From an uncultured Candidatus Saccharibacteria bacterium (GTDB lineage Bacteria; Patescibacteriota; Minisyncoccia; Phycocordibacterales; UBA12088): a stretch of DNA of 51,822 nucleotides. The notes beneath the pieces are model-generated. The model saw only the letters and a program-made list of their open reading frames with translations. It made no database searches and was not told the DNA's origin. The translations under genes were made by a program, and so were the position numbers. Positions within the stretch are counted from its first letter, which is position 1; the number at the start of each line of letters is the position of its first letter. Shown piece by piece: positions 1-9,637 of the stretch. The stretch covers positions 304,807 through 356,628 of the forward strand of contig CAYPKR010000001.1 of the NCBI GenBank assembly GCA_964411375.1, given 5' to 3'.

Positions 1-18
1 AGGAAACTGCCCGTTCAA

Positions 19-447
19 TTATTTTTGGTCAAATTCCACAGTCCACTCAATACCGTATTTGTCTCTGAACATTGCAAAGTAAGTGCCCCAAGGACTTTCT
101 GCCATTGGCATTTCAACAGTGCCACCTACCGAAAGTCCGTTGAAAATCCTGTCAGCATCTTCCTTACTTTCTGCAATAACTGCAATCTTAGATCTATTTT
201 CGTTCTCATTTACTCGTCCCATACTTTCTGGCACGTCATTTGCGATCAAGACGTTATTGCCGATAGGTAGAGTGATGTGCATTATTTTATCTGCTTCCTT
301 TTCAGATACCGGAAACTCGGCGCTTGCGATATCTTTGAAACGAGTAATCGTACCGAATTCTCCACCGAAAACGGATTTGTAAAAATGGAACGCTTCTTCG
401 GCGTTTCCGTTGAAATTGATGTAGGGATTTATCGTTGTCATAGTCAA
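19..447 (-). CDS. VOC-fold PhnB/YjdN-like protein (3-demethylubiquinone-9 3-methyltransferase-domain family)
   Basis: 142-aa ORF. The N-terminal INPYINFNGNAEEAFHFYKSVFGG and MHITLPIG patterns are typical of PhnB-like glyoxalase-fold proteins. Confidence 0.75.
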   Translation of the reverse strand: MTMTTINPYINFNGNAEEAFHFYKSVFGGEFGTITRFKDIASAEFPVSEKEADKIMHITLPIGNNVLIANDVPESMGRVNENENRSKIAVIAESKEDADRIFNGLSVGGTVEMPMAESPWGTYFAMFRDKYGIEWTVEFDQK

Positions 448-485
448 ACTATAAACGGCTTTATTAATTAGACAAGGTACATTTG

Positions 486-570
486 CGGAGGCGGAGAGAT
501 TCGAACTCTCGGAGGTTTGACCCTCACACGCTTTCCAAGCGTGCGCACTAGACCGCTATGCGACGCCTCC
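486..570 (-). tRNA. tRNA-Ser (anticodon GGA)
   Basis: Minus strand reads GGAGGCG...CGCCTCC G. Anticodon loop is TTGGAAA, there is a long variable arm, and the T-loop is TTCGAAT. No encoded CCA. Confidence 0.9.
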
Positions 571-996
571 GTGCCGCTCAGTTATAGCATATTGGTGTAT
601 TCTAAAAAATAATCTTTTTTATGCACCGCATGATATTGCATCTTTCGGTATCGGGTGTATCGTTTCTTTGGCAATGTTGCCGCGAGGGCCAAGTGATGTC
701 ACGGAATGGCTTTGGCGAAACTGATCTGCCCCTTTCGGGGAACAAAAGAGTGTCTTTGGGTGAGCCTTGGGGAGAATATATCGGACCACCGCAAGGAGAA
801 GGTTCTGAACCTGAATATGTAGCAGGTCTCGAGGATTCTGACGTTCTCGAGGCATTAATTGACCGAGGCATGACGGGGAATGCTATACAACAACCTCCTG
901 ACAGATAAATGTATTCCTGCTGACGACCGCGTACGCGGTCGTCTTCATGTATATATGGTAAAATAGGGATACTAAATAAATCTAACTACATACAAT

Positions 997-1407
997 ATGG
1001 ATACTGAAAAACACGATGATGCATACTGGAAGACAAAGCTCACACCCGAGCAGTACAAAATTCTTCGCGAGCGCGGCACTGATATGCCGTTCACCGGAGA
1101 ATATGTAAACAATCACTTAAACGGAATTTACACGTGTGTCGCCTGCGGCATGCCACTTTTTTCATCGGCACAAAAATTTGACTCTGGTTCCGGTTGGCCA
1201 TCGTTTACGGATGTTGTTGAAAAAGGAAATGTCGAACTACGTGATGATGATTCACATGGAATGCATCGCGTCGAAGTCGTCTGTAAAAATTGCGGCGGAC
1301 ATCTCGGACATGTATTTGAAGACGGACCAGCGGCAGAGGGTGGAAAACGCTACTGCATAAACTCAACATCACTCGATTTCAAAGAAGGAGCGGTTGATAC
1401 GAGGTGA
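997..1407 (+). CDS. msrB: peptide-methionine (R)-S-oxide reductase
   Basis: Two CxxC zinc motifs (CVACG, CKNCGGHLGHVF) and the catalytic RYCINS motif. Confidence 0.95.
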   Translation: MDTEKHDDAYWKTKLTPEQYKILRERGTDMPFTGEYVNNHLNGIYTCVACGMPLFSSAQKFDSGSGWPSFTDVVEKGNVELRDDDSHGMHRVEVVCKNCGGHLGHVFEDGPAAEGGKRYCINSTSLDFKEGAVDTR

Positions 1408-1408
1408 C

Positions 1409-1885
1409 ATGTCTCCACACACTCGACTTACAATAATTGCATCAATCTTCCTCGTGCTTATCGCGGGAGGATTTGCGTGGCACTATTTTTCTTCAAGTAG
1501 CGGAGCACAGATGCTTCCTAAGGCGGTACTCAAAATCAACGATGTTTCAGTGGTTGTCGACGTTGCCACCTCCGAAGCCGAACATGAGAAGGGACTATCG
1601 GGCAGAAAATCACTTTCTCCAAATAACGGCATGCTTTTCATTTTTCCCGTAGCTGGACGGTACGGATTTTGGATGCCGGACATGCATTTCTCGATCGACA
1701 TTATTTGGCTCGATGGTCATTTGAATGTTGTGCATATCGAAAAAAATGTAACGCCTGAATCATACCCAACCGTCTTCACCCCAGAAGAGAATGCAACGTA
1801 TGTACTCGAAGTCGTTTCCGGATTTGCCGAAGAGCATCAAATTAAAGTAGGCGATTCTGCCACATTCACGTTTGCCGCAGAATAA
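1409..1885 (+). CDS. DUF192-family protein with N-terminal membrane anchor
   Basis: GMLFIFP...GFWMPDMHFSIDIIWLD pattern of DUF192 (COG1430). ATG at 1409 follows a GAGG. The track start at 1394 is TTG and overlaps msrB. Confidence 0.8.
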   Translation: MSPHTRLTIIASIFLVLIAGGFAWHYFSSSSGAQMLPKAVLKINDVSVVVDVATSEAEHEKGLSGRKSLSPNNGMLFIFPVAGRYGFWMPDMHFSIDIIWLDGHLNVVHIEKNVTPESYPTVFTPEENATYVLEVVSGFAEEHQIKVGDSATFTFAAE

Positions 1886-1921
1886 CTTGCCTTAATTTTT
1901 TTCCGTGGCATAATATCAGCT

Positions 1922-2276
1922 GTCCGTACTGGATAGCTGCTCTACGTCGAAAGACATAGAGAGGAAAGTCCGAACACGCCCATATCCGAAAGGATATGGA
2001 GGACGGTAGCGGGTAACGCCCGTCGTGAGTAATCACAGGGATGCGAGCAGAGACGTCTAATCCGAGAGGAGAAGAATCCCCATAAGGATATTCCTGAAGG
2101 GATATTTCCGCCGAAATGCGGGAGTGAAACGGCTAAATTCCTACCTGCGTGCAAGGCCGTGCTTCGGAGTAATCCGAAGAGTGCCGCTTGAGGTTGTTGG
2201 CAACAACAATCCCAGATAAATAGCTGTCAGGTTTCCGAACGCGGAAACTCACAGAATTCGGCTTATAGGTACGAAC
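1922..2276 (+). ncRNA. rnpB: RNase P RNA (bacterial type A-like)
   Basis: Universally conserved GAGGAAAGTCCG (1961-1972) and ACAGAATTCGGCTTA (2251-2265). P1 pairing is cgtac 1925-1929 with gtacg 2269-2273. No credible ORF. Confidence 0.9.
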
Positions 2277-2285
2277 CGAAAAATG

Positions 2286-2316
2286 AAAAAGGACTCTTCA
2301 CTGAGTCCTTTTTCAT
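2286..2316 (+). terminator. intrinsic terminator after rnpB
   Basis: Hairpin ggactc / gagtcc with loop ttcact. A-run upstream and T-run downstream. Confidence 0.6.
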
Positions 2317-2418
2317 TTCATAACTTCACTATCTTGTTCATTTCCACATCTTGAATCGAACGGCGACCCTCTAGTACACTATAGGAAGTCGATTTCATTA
2401 TTCCGTTTATCAAAATGT

Positions 2419-4809
2419 ATGTCGTACCAAGAAGGAGAAGTTCTCTCCCATGAAATCGCACGTCCACATAGCCCATTAATAGATGGTATAACTGCAACCG
2501 CGCTCGCGCTCGCTGGAGGAGCGATGGCATTTTTTGTCATTCCTTCTGCGAATTTTCCGTTTCAGTTTACTAAGATCGCATTTATCTCTCTCGCCGCACT
2601 TGCGGGTCTCGCAGCGTACATTGTTGGACGCATGCAGGAGAGGAGAATACGATTTCCGAGGTCAATGCTCTTTTACGCAGTATGGCTTCTGCCGCTCGCG
2701 TACTTGCTTTCGGGAATTTTTTCGAGCAATGTCCAACTTTCTCTTGTTGGTGCAGAAGGTATCTCAAGCGATTCAGCAGTGTTCATGGCGATTCTCGCTA
2801 TTCTCTTTGCGGTCGTCATTTCATTTGCAAGAACCAAGGATAAAATTCTCCAGTATTATCTCGCCATCCTTGGCGGCGGTATTCTGCTTGCACTCCTCCA
2901 ACTCATCCGTCTCTTCGCTGATGGATTTACCCTTGGCGTTCTCCCCTCAAAAACAAGTTCGCTGATCGGTTCTTGGAATTCACTCTCATTGTTTTTCGGT
3001 CTTATCATCATTCTTTCCCTTATCACGCTCCTCGCTGTTCGTGTTGAAGGAATGCTTCGGTGGGTTATTGCCGCGGCGATCACCCTTTCCCTCATATTCC
3101 TCGCGGTCATTGATTACAATCTCACTTGGTGGCTCGTTGGAATCGCAGCACTCGGTGTATTCGTCTACAGTATTTCGTTCAACGGATTTGGTCGTGGCGG
3201 TCGGATGGTTTCCGGCATGTCATTCTCTTCGCTCATTGTTCTCGCGTTTGCAATCATCTTCATTATCTTCGGTACCAATCTCCAGACTGCGATTTCAAAT
3301 GCACTGAACATCCAATATGTTGAAGTTCGTCCGTCATGGCAGACAACCGTCGATATCGCGCGACAGTCGCTCAGTAACAATTTCCTCTTTGGTTCTGGCC
3401 CTGGCACATTTGGAAAAGAATGGCTTCTCCATAAACCAAATGGCGTAAATCAAACCAACTTCTGGAATGTTGATTTCCAGAGCGGCATTGGATTTATTCC
3501 ATCGACACTTGCGACAATGGGACTCATCGGCATCTTCGCATGGCTTCTGTTCTTCGGTACATTCCTTTGGACTGGTCTCAAAACACTCCTCCGTGGTGGT
3601 TCCGAAGATCCAATCGCATACTACTTATCGCTTTCATCGTTTGTCGGCGCACTCTATCTCTGGATCGCACAAATCTTCTACACACCAGGACCGGTAATGC
3701 TCGCACTCGCGTTTATCTTCACCGCGCTCTTTGTTGCATCTCTTAGACTGGTGAATGCAGGCGCAGAATGGGTGATTTCATTTATTGAAACACCGAAGCT
3801 TGGATTCCTTGCAGTTCTGTTCCTCACGATCGCATTCCTCGGAAGTGTTGCAGGAATTTTCTCAGTCGCAGAAACATACGCCGCAAGCAGTTACTATCAA
3901 ACGGCAATTACGTCCCTCAATACCGTAGGGGATTTGAGTGTAGGAGAAACGCACGTAATGCGCGCGCTTTCTTTCAACAAATCGGCTGAATACTATCGCC
4001 TCGTTGCAGCGATCAATGTCGCAAAGATCAATCAACTTGCGAATCAGCAAAATTTGACTCCCGATGAAGTACGCAACCAGTTCCAGGCAGCACTTGGAAA
4101 TGCAGTAACTGCAGCGCAATCTGCAACGCAGGTAGATCCAAATGATTACCAAAACTGGCTCGCACTTGCACAGGTATATCAGTCAGTTGTTCCGCTCAAA
4201 ATCCAAGGTGCATATGAGAACGCGATTGATTCGTACGAAAAAGCAATTGCACTCAATCCTCACGCGCCTTCGCTCTACTTGAATCAGGCAGAGCTCGCGG
4301 TCGTCAACAACAACATGCCTGAAGCAGAGAAATATGTGACGAAGGCGATTCAGGAAAAAAATAATTACACCGACGCAATCTTCCTCCTCTCGCAGATTCA
4401 GATCAATGAAGGAAAGATCGATGAAGCTTCGCAGGCAGTCGCAGCAGCAACGGTGATTGATCCAACAAATCCAGTTGCGTACTTCCAGCTCGGCGTCCTT
4501 CGCTACAGCAAGAAAGATTACACGACAACAATCGCAGCGCTTGAGCGAGCAGTTGCACTCACTCCAAACTACTCAAATGCACGCTACTTCCTGGGTCTCT
4601 CATACGCAGCGACCGGACGAAAGGATGACGCAATCGCGCAGTTTGTCGAAATCGAAAAATTGAATCCGGATAATCAAGAAGTAAAGACCGTTCTCGAAAA
4701 TCTCCGCGCGGGCAAGGAGCCATTCAGCCAGACCGCAGCAGCGAAAGTACAAGATTTGAAAGGACTTCCGGTTCCTGATCAAAAACCAGCCACGGACGAG
4801 GCACAGTAG
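2419..4809 (+). CDS. polytopic O-antigen ligase/polymerase-like membrane protein with C-terminal TPR repeats
   Basis: 796 aa with many TM segments. FLFGSGPGTFGKEW motif as in Wzy_C/O-antigen ligase proteins. The C-terminal ~300 aa has TPR-like periodicity (AIALNP, AVALTPNYSNARYFLGLSY). Confidence 0.7.
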   Translation: MSYQEGEVLSHEIARPHSPLIDGITATALALAGGAMAFFVIPSANFPFQFTKIAFISLAALAGLAAYIVGRMQERRIRFPRSMLFYAVWLLPLAYLLSGIFSSNVQLSLVGAEGISSDSAVFMAILAILFAVVISFARTKDKILQYYLAILGGGILLALLQLIRLFADGFTLGVLPSKTSSLIGSWNSLSLFFGLIIILSLITLLAVRVEGMLRWVIAAAITLSLIFLAVIDYNLTWWLVGIAALGVFVYSISFNGFGRGGRMVSGMSFSSLIVLAFAIIFIIFGTNLQTAISNALNIQYVEVRPSWQTTVDIARQSLSNNFLFGSGPGTFGKEWLLHKPNGVNQTNFWNVDFQSGIGFIPSTLATMGLIGIFAWLLFFGTFLWTGLKTLLRGGSEDPIAYYLSLSSFVGALYLWIAQIFYTPGPVMLALAFIFTALFVASLRLVNAGAEWVISFIETPKLGFLAVLFLTIAFLGSVAGIFSVAETYAASSYYQTAITSLNTVGDLSVGETHVMRALSFNKSAEYYRLVAAINVAKINQLANQQNLTPDEVRNQFQAALGNAVTAAQSATQVDPNDYQNWLALAQVYQSVVPLKIQGAYENAIDSYEKAIALNPHAPSLYLNQAELAVVNNNMPEAEKYVTKAIQEKNNYTDAIFLLSQIQINEGKIDEASQAVAAATVIDPTNPVAYFQLGVLRYSKKDYTTTIAALERAVALTPNYSNARYFLGLSYAATGRKDDAIAQFVEIEKLNPDNQEVKTVLENLRAGKEPFSQTAAAKVQDLKGLPVPDQKPATDEAQ

Positions 4810-4812
4810 GAA

Positions 4813-6483
4813 ATGGTTACACGATTCTTCAGTTTTTTGGGAAAAGAGATACGCGGCCTCCACGAGGCCGCGTATCTGTTGGCGATTTTCTCGCTGATCT
4901 CCCAAGTACTAGGGCTTCTTCGTGACCATTTGCTCGCATCCGCCTTCGGCGCAGGACAAACACTCGACATTTATTATGCCGCATTCAGGATTCCCGATTT
5001 TCTCTTTGTCTCGGTCGCTTCTCTTGTATCCGTCTACGTAATCATTCCGTTTATTTCTGAACGATTGACTGATAAGGAAGCGCTTCGCGTGTTTATGGGA
5101 AATGTTGCGACATGTTTCGGCATATTCATTGTTATCGTGTCGGGGATCGCATTTATTGCCGCTCCGCTCCTACTCTCGTGGTTATTTCCGACTTTGTATC
5201 TTGAGCGGGGAAGTGAACTTCTCTTGCTTACGCGCATTCTTCTCCTGCAACCAATCTTCCTTGGTTTCTCGAATCTTTTTGCGGGCGTTACGCAGGCATA
5301 TCACAAATTCATTCTCTATTCCGCAAGTCCTATTCTCTACAATGTTGGAATTATTCTCGGTGTCGTTCTTCTCTATCCTTTGTATGGAGTTGGTGGTCTT
5401 GCGATGGGTGTGGTCTTTGGCGCATTTCTTCATCTCTTGATTCAGGTTCCGTTCCTCATTCAAGAAGGCATCTTGCCATACCGAATACAAAAATTACGTA
5501 TTCGGGAAATGATGAATGTGGTAAAAACGTCCTTGCCGCGAACACTCGGACTTTCGCTCGGACAAATCGTACTTCTTGCGCTCATTTCGTTTGCTTCATC
5601 TCTTGTGCCTGGATCAATTGCAGTCTTTACGTTCGCATTCAACCTGCAGTCGGTGCCGCTTACGATAATTGGTGTCTCGTATTCAGTCGCTGCCTTTCCG
5701 ACTTTGGCTCGTCTTTTTTCAGAAGGCAATCGTGAAGCATTTTTTGAAAATATAGTTGCTGCGGCGCGCCACATTATTTTCTGGTCGTTTCCGGCGATAG
5801 TGTTTGTGATTGTGCTTCGTGCACAACTCGTTCGTGTAATCTTGGGAAGCGGTCAATTCGACTGGCCGGATACGAGACTTACTGCCGCAGCGCTTGCGCT
5901 GTTTGTCGTATCAATTGCCGCGCAAGCGCTCGTCCTGCTCATTTCTCGCGGATATTACGCGGCAGGGAAAACAAGCAAGCCACTTTCGGTTAATCTATTT
6001 ACTTCAATTGCGTCGGTCTTAGTTTCGTTTCTCTTGCTCCAATATTTCAACACTCATATCGGCTTTGAAGAATTTGTTGAGAATGTACTTCGCGTTGATG
6101 ATGTTACTGGTGCAGGAGTTTTGATGTTGCCGCTCGGCTTTTCGCTTGGCGCACTTCTCAATGCCATTGTTTTGCTATCACTGTTCCAAATTGATTTTGC
6201 CGATTTTTCTCCTGCGCTCACGGTAACTGTGTGGCAATCGAGCCTTGCCTCATTTGGTGGAGGAGTTGTCGCGTACCTCGGTCTGCAGATTTTTGATGAC
6301 CTTTTCAATATAAATACGTTCCTCGGAATTTTTCTCCAAGGTGCGCTTGCGGGACTCCTTGGACTTATCGCATGGATTGGTATTCTGGTACTTCTCAAAA
6401 ATCAGGAATTAAGAGAAACATGGAAGGCGCTTCGCTCAAGACTTTGGAAGGAACCGGTCGTTGTACCTGTTGAGGAGGTGTAA
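4813..6483 (+). CDS. murJ: lipid II flippase MurJ/MviN
   Basis: 556 aa, polytopic. N-terminal ISQVLGLLRDHLLASAFGAGQTLDIYYAAFRIPDFLF is the MurJ signature region. Confidence 0.85.
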   Translation: MVTRFFSFLGKEIRGLHEAAYLLAIFSLISQVLGLLRDHLLASAFGAGQTLDIYYAAFRIPDFLFVSVASLVSVYVIIPFISERLTDKEALRVFMGNVATCFGIFIVIVSGIAFIAAPLLLSWLFPTLYLERGSELLLLTRILLLQPIFLGFSNLFAGVTQAYHKFILYSASPILYNVGIILGVVLLYPLYGVGGLAMGVVFGAFLHLLIQVPFLIQEGILPYRIQKLRIREMMNVVKTSLPRTLGLSLGQIVLLALISFASSLVPGSIAVFTFAFNLQSVPLTIIGVSYSVAAFPTLARLFSEGNREAFFENIVAAARHIIFWSFPAIVFVIVLRAQLVRVILGSGQFDWPDTRLTAAALALFVVSIAAQALVLLISRGYYAAGKTSKPLSVNLFTSIASVLVSFLLLQYFNTHIGFEEFVENVLRVDDVTGAGVLMLPLGFSLGALLNAIVLLSLFQIDFADFSPALTVTVWQSSLASFGGGVVAYLGLQIFDDLFNINTFLGIFLQGALAGLLGLIAWIGILVLLKNQELRETWKALRSRLWKEPVVVPVEEV

Positions 6484-6704
6484 AAACGAAAGCGGCGAGG
6501 AGAATCCTCGCCGCACCCACACTACTTCACCACATATTATATTTCCGTGCTTTCTTCAGCCACCGCTTGCTCATCACGAGCCCCATGTTGAGCCAACGGG
6601 AATTTTTCGCCCGTCCGCGTCGGCGCACCTGCCTCTGTATTCGGTGATTCAATTTGCCTACTCCACTGCTGGTTTCTTGCACAGAAAATCACGCGACATT
6701 TTCT

Positions 6705-6733
6705 TTGTCAATTTTCGCTATTCCCGCTACAAT
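6705..6733 (+). promoter_or_regulatory. candidate sigma70-type promoter of lepA
   Basis: TTGTCA (6705-6710), 17-nt spacer, TACAAT (6728-6733). The ATG at 6744 is only 10 nt after the -10 element. Confidence 0.35.
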
Positions 6734-6743
6734 GCCGCTACGC

Positions 6744-8540
6744 ATGGAGAATATCCGCAATTTCAGCATTATCGCCCATATTGACCACGGCAAGTCGACT
6801 CTTGCCGATCGTTTGCTTGAGGTCACTGGTACCATCGAAAAGCGCAAAATGCGCGATCAAGTCCTTGATTCTATGGAACTCGAACGCGAGCGTGGCATCA
6901 CGATCAAAATGCAGCCATGTCGGATGGAATACACGTACAAGGGCGAAAAATACATTTTGAATTTGATCGACACGCCCGGACATATCGATTTTTCCTATGA
7001 AGTATCGCGCGCGCTTCATGCAGTCGAAGGGGTGCTCCTTTTGGTAGATGCAACGCAAGGCGTCCAAGCACAAACGCTCACCACACTCGGTATGGCGCGT
7101 GAACAAGGACTCGCGATTATTCCAGTCCTCAATAAAATCGACTCACCGCTTGCGCGCCCTGAAGACGTAACGCAAGAAATGATCAGACTGCTCGATTGCA
7201 GCCCCGATGACATAATCGCGACGTCTGGTCGCACTGGTGAAGGTGTCGAAGATTTACTTGCTGCAGTCATTGAGCGAATTCCGCCGCCAAAAAAAGAAGG
7301 CGAGAGCAAAGATCCTCGCGCGCTCGTCTTCGATTTTCAATACTCCAATCATCGCGGTGTCATCGTGTACCTTCGCGTGTTTGATGGAGCGCTCAAACGC
7401 GGCGACAGCTTGAAGTTTGCTGCGACAGGAGAATCATTTCTCGCGCTCGAAGTTGGCGTCTTTAAACCATTTGAAACACCATCCGAAAGTTTACAGGCAG
7501 GAGAAATCGGGTACGTGGTGACCGGAATCAAGCGTCCAGGTATCGCGTCCGTTGGAGATACGATTATGCCATCGAAAGGTTCGCTTCCGGCACTCGCAGG
7601 CTACATGCTTCCGCGTCCAGTCGTTTGGGCATCCGTGTATCCAGAATCTCAAGATGATTTTCCTATTTTAAAACAAGCGCTCGAACGGCTTCGCCTCTCC
7701 GATTCATCACTCTCGTACGAAGAAGAAACTTCCTCTATTCTTGGTCGCGGTTTTCGGTGCGGAATGCTTGGTATGCTTCATCTTGAAATCGTCACCGAGC
7801 GTCTTCGCCGCGAATTCAATCTCGAACTCATCGTGACACTTCCATCCATCATTTATGAAGTAACCTATCCGGGCGGCAAACACGAAACGATCTACTCTCC
7901 GTCAAAATTTCCTGAATATCGCCGCGCCGAAAAAATAATGGAGCCGTGGGTCAATGTTTCGGTTATCACGCCGCCTGAATATGTGGGCGGAGTAATGCAA
8001 CTCTTATACGAACACGAAGCAGAGCTTGGTGATTCAGAAACATTTCCAGACGGCAGAACAATGATGCAGATCAAAATGCCGCTTCGCGAACTGATGCGCA
8101 ACTTTTTTGATAAGCTCAAAAGTGTTTCATCCGGCTTTGCATCTGTTTCCTACGAATTTGCGGAAATGCGCGAGGCAGATGTCGCACGTCTCGATGTATT
8201 GGTCGCCGAAGAGCTCGTTCCGGCATTTTGTCGCGTCGTTTCAGTTCGCCGCATCGAACTCGAAGCACAGATGATGGTAGAAAAACTTCATGATTCGCTT
8301 CCGCGCCAGCAATTTGTTACGAAAATCCAGGCAGTTGGGCTTGGTCGCATCCTTTCTTCAAAGACACTTTCTGCATTTAAGAAAGAACTTGGCAACTTCG
8401 GCAAAAACGGCGGCGACGTCACGCGTAAAATGAAGCTTCTCGAAAAGCAGAAGAAAGGGAAGAAGAAGCTCCAAGCGCAAGCAAAAGTCCATATCCCTCA
8501 TGAAGTCTTTTTGAAGGTGATGCGCGGAGAGGAAAAGTAA
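6744..8540 (+). CDS. lepA: elongation factor 4 (LepA)
   Basis: MENIRNFSIIAHIDHGKSTLADRLL G1 motif, DTPGHIDF, NKID, and a LepA-specific C-terminal domain. The track ORF starts upstream at 6654; I chose the ATG at 6744. Confidence 0.95.
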   Translation: MENIRNFSIIAHIDHGKSTLADRLLEVTGTIEKRKMRDQVLDSMELERERGITIKMQPCRMEYTYKGEKYILNLIDTPGHIDFSYEVSRALHAVEGVLLLVDATQGVQAQTLTTLGMAREQGLAIIPVLNKIDSPLARPEDVTQEMIRLLDCSPDDIIATSGRTGEGVEDLLAAVIERIPPPKKEGESKDPRALVFDFQYSNHRGVIVYLRVFDGALKRGDSLKFAATGESFLALEVGVFKPFETPSESLQAGEIGYVVTGIKRPGIASVGDTIMPSKGSLPALAGYMLPRPVVWASVYPESQDDFPILKQALERLRLSDSSLSYEEETSSILGRGFRCGMLGMLHLEIVTERLRREFNLELIVTLPSIIYEVTYPGGKHETIYSPSKFPEYRRAEKIMEPWVNVSVITPPEYVGGVMQLLYEHEAELGDSETFPDGRTMMQIKMPLRELMRNFFDKLKSVSSGFASVSYEFAEMREADVARLDVLVAEELVPAFCRVVSVRRIELEAQMMVEKLHDSLPRQQFVTKIQAVGLGRILSSKTLSAFKKELGNFGKNGGDVTRKMKLLEKQKKGKKKLQAQAKVHIPHEVFLKVMRGEEK

Positions 8541-8565
8541 AAATCCGGTTTTGACCGGATTTTTA
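8540..8565. terminator. hairpin terminator after lepA
   Basis: aaaatccggt / accggatttt stem with flanking A and T runs. Confidence 0.6.
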
Positions 8566-8583
8566 CTTGGGATTCGTTTGAGT

Positions 8584-8694
8584 TTACCGATACAAGAACG
8601 GCATGTAGAGGAGGATCATGCCGACGATCATAATGATTGAGAGCACCATCCAGACAGCGCCGACGACTTTCTTTGTTTTCTTATGGAATAGCAT
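8584..8694 (-). CDS. possible 36-aa hydrophobic peptide
   Basis: Below the track cutoff. Reads MLFHKKTKKVVGAVWMVLSIIMIVGMILLYMPFLYR, one TM helix. No clear SD. Confidence 0.25.
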   Translation of the reverse strand: MLFHKKTKKVVGAVWMVLSIIMIVGMILLYMPFLYR

Positions 8695-8775
8695 GGTATT
8701 TACGGCAATTTTTAGTAGGATTAGGAAATGATAGCGCCCCGAGGCGCTTCAGGCAAGATACCAAATCTAACTTGT

Positions 8776-9150
8776 ATGGCAGAGTTTTACGAAAAAAGAA
8801 AACTGAAACGTCTCATGTATTCGCCGCCGGCGCTCGCGCTATTTGCGCTCGTTGTCCTATTTTTTGTCTCAACTGCATGGAGCGCATACAACAAGGAGCG
8901 AGATACAGCGCTCAAGCGACAAGAAGCGGCAGTAGAGTTAGCGTCACTCGAAGCACGTGAGGTGGCGCTTAAAGAAAATCTGGACCGACTCCATAGCGAA
9001 TCAGGTATCGAATCTGAAATACGTGACCGATTTGATGTCGGCAAAGCAGGGGAACATGAAATCGTGATTGTTGACCCGCCACCTCAGGCTTCGTCAACTA
9101 CAACCGAAGCACCAAAACACTGGTGGCAGAAGGTATTTTCGTGGTTTTAG
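8776..9150 (+). CDS. FtsB/DivIC-like septum formation initiator
   Basis: N-terminal TM helix, then a coiled coil, then IRDRFDVGKAGEHEIVIV, as in DivIC/FtsB family proteins. Start chosen at MAEFYEKRK. Confidence 0.65.
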   Translation: MAEFYEKRKLKRLMYSPPALALFALVVLFFVSTAWSAYNKERDTALKRQEAAVELASLEAREVALKENLDRLHSESGIESEIRDRFDVGKAGEHEIVIVDPPPQASSTTTEAPKHWWQKVFSWF

Positions 9151-9176
9151 GTAAAATTGCTAGAATCCTTTGTATC

Positions 9177-9250
9177 GCGGGATTCGTTTAGTGGTAGGAT
9201 CGGTGCTTCCCAAGCACTGGGCAGGAGTTCGATTCTCCTATCCCGCACCA
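9177..9250 (+). tRNA. tRNA-Gly (anticodon CCC), CCA encoded
   Basis: GCGGGAT...ATCCCGC A CCA. Anticodon loop TTCCCAA, T-loop TTCGATT. The D-stem is weak (G:U pairs). Confidence 0.85.
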
Positions 9251-9253
9251 AAA

Positions 9254-9541
9254 TCATTCTTTGATATATAGATCTCCAATCGGCTCGGGTCTATTCAATT
9301 CATTCAGCTGCCACGGAGTGGCTCCCTTGATGAGCACTTGCTCTTCTTCAGTCAGACCTTTCCACCACGTAATATTTACTGGATCTATCATCCATCCTTC
9401 AGATGCCGCCGCGAGCGCATTTGGTTCTTCAGGAAGTTCAAATGCTCCTAATGCGGCAATATCTCTCTTTAAAGTTTCCAGATTTGGCTCTGGAAGCCTT
9501 GTTTTCTCGCTTGGAAAGTTTTCAATATCACTCATATCCAT
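9254..9541 (-). CDS. hypothetical acidic protein
   Basis: 95-aa ORF with no family I recognise. It sits directly after tRNA-Gly. Confidence 0.45.
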   Translation of the reverse strand: MDMSDIENFPSEKTRLPEPNLETLKRDIAALGAFELPEEPNALAAASEGWMIDPVNITWWKGLTEEEQVLIKGATPWQLNELNRPEPIGDLYIKE

Positions 9542-9637
9542 ATTCTATCGGGAGGTATCCTATCCTGTCCATGCAGCAATCCATGGATTTCCTTGTTTTT
9601 GCATAGGCATAGCTATGTAGTGATATTATTTAAATAA

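Noticed and set aside
602-908. Track ORFs 621..908 (+), 602..871 (-) and 619..855 (-) as protein-coding genes
   Set aside because: Three mutually overlapping frames are open over the same GC-rich stretch. The translations are Arg/Ser/Gly/Pro-rich with no domain-like pattern, no SD and no TM or signal features. This is more consistent with non-coding sequence.
600-960. tmRNA or SRP RNA assignment for the unassigned structured region
   Set aside because: There is no tRNA-like 3' end or TTCGA T-loop and no tag-peptide ORF ending in Ala-Ala-stop. There is also no GGAA-tetraloop / AGCAGC helix-8 motif on either strand.
1942-2154. 70-aa minus-strand ORF
   Set aside because: It lies entirely inside the RNase P RNA gene.
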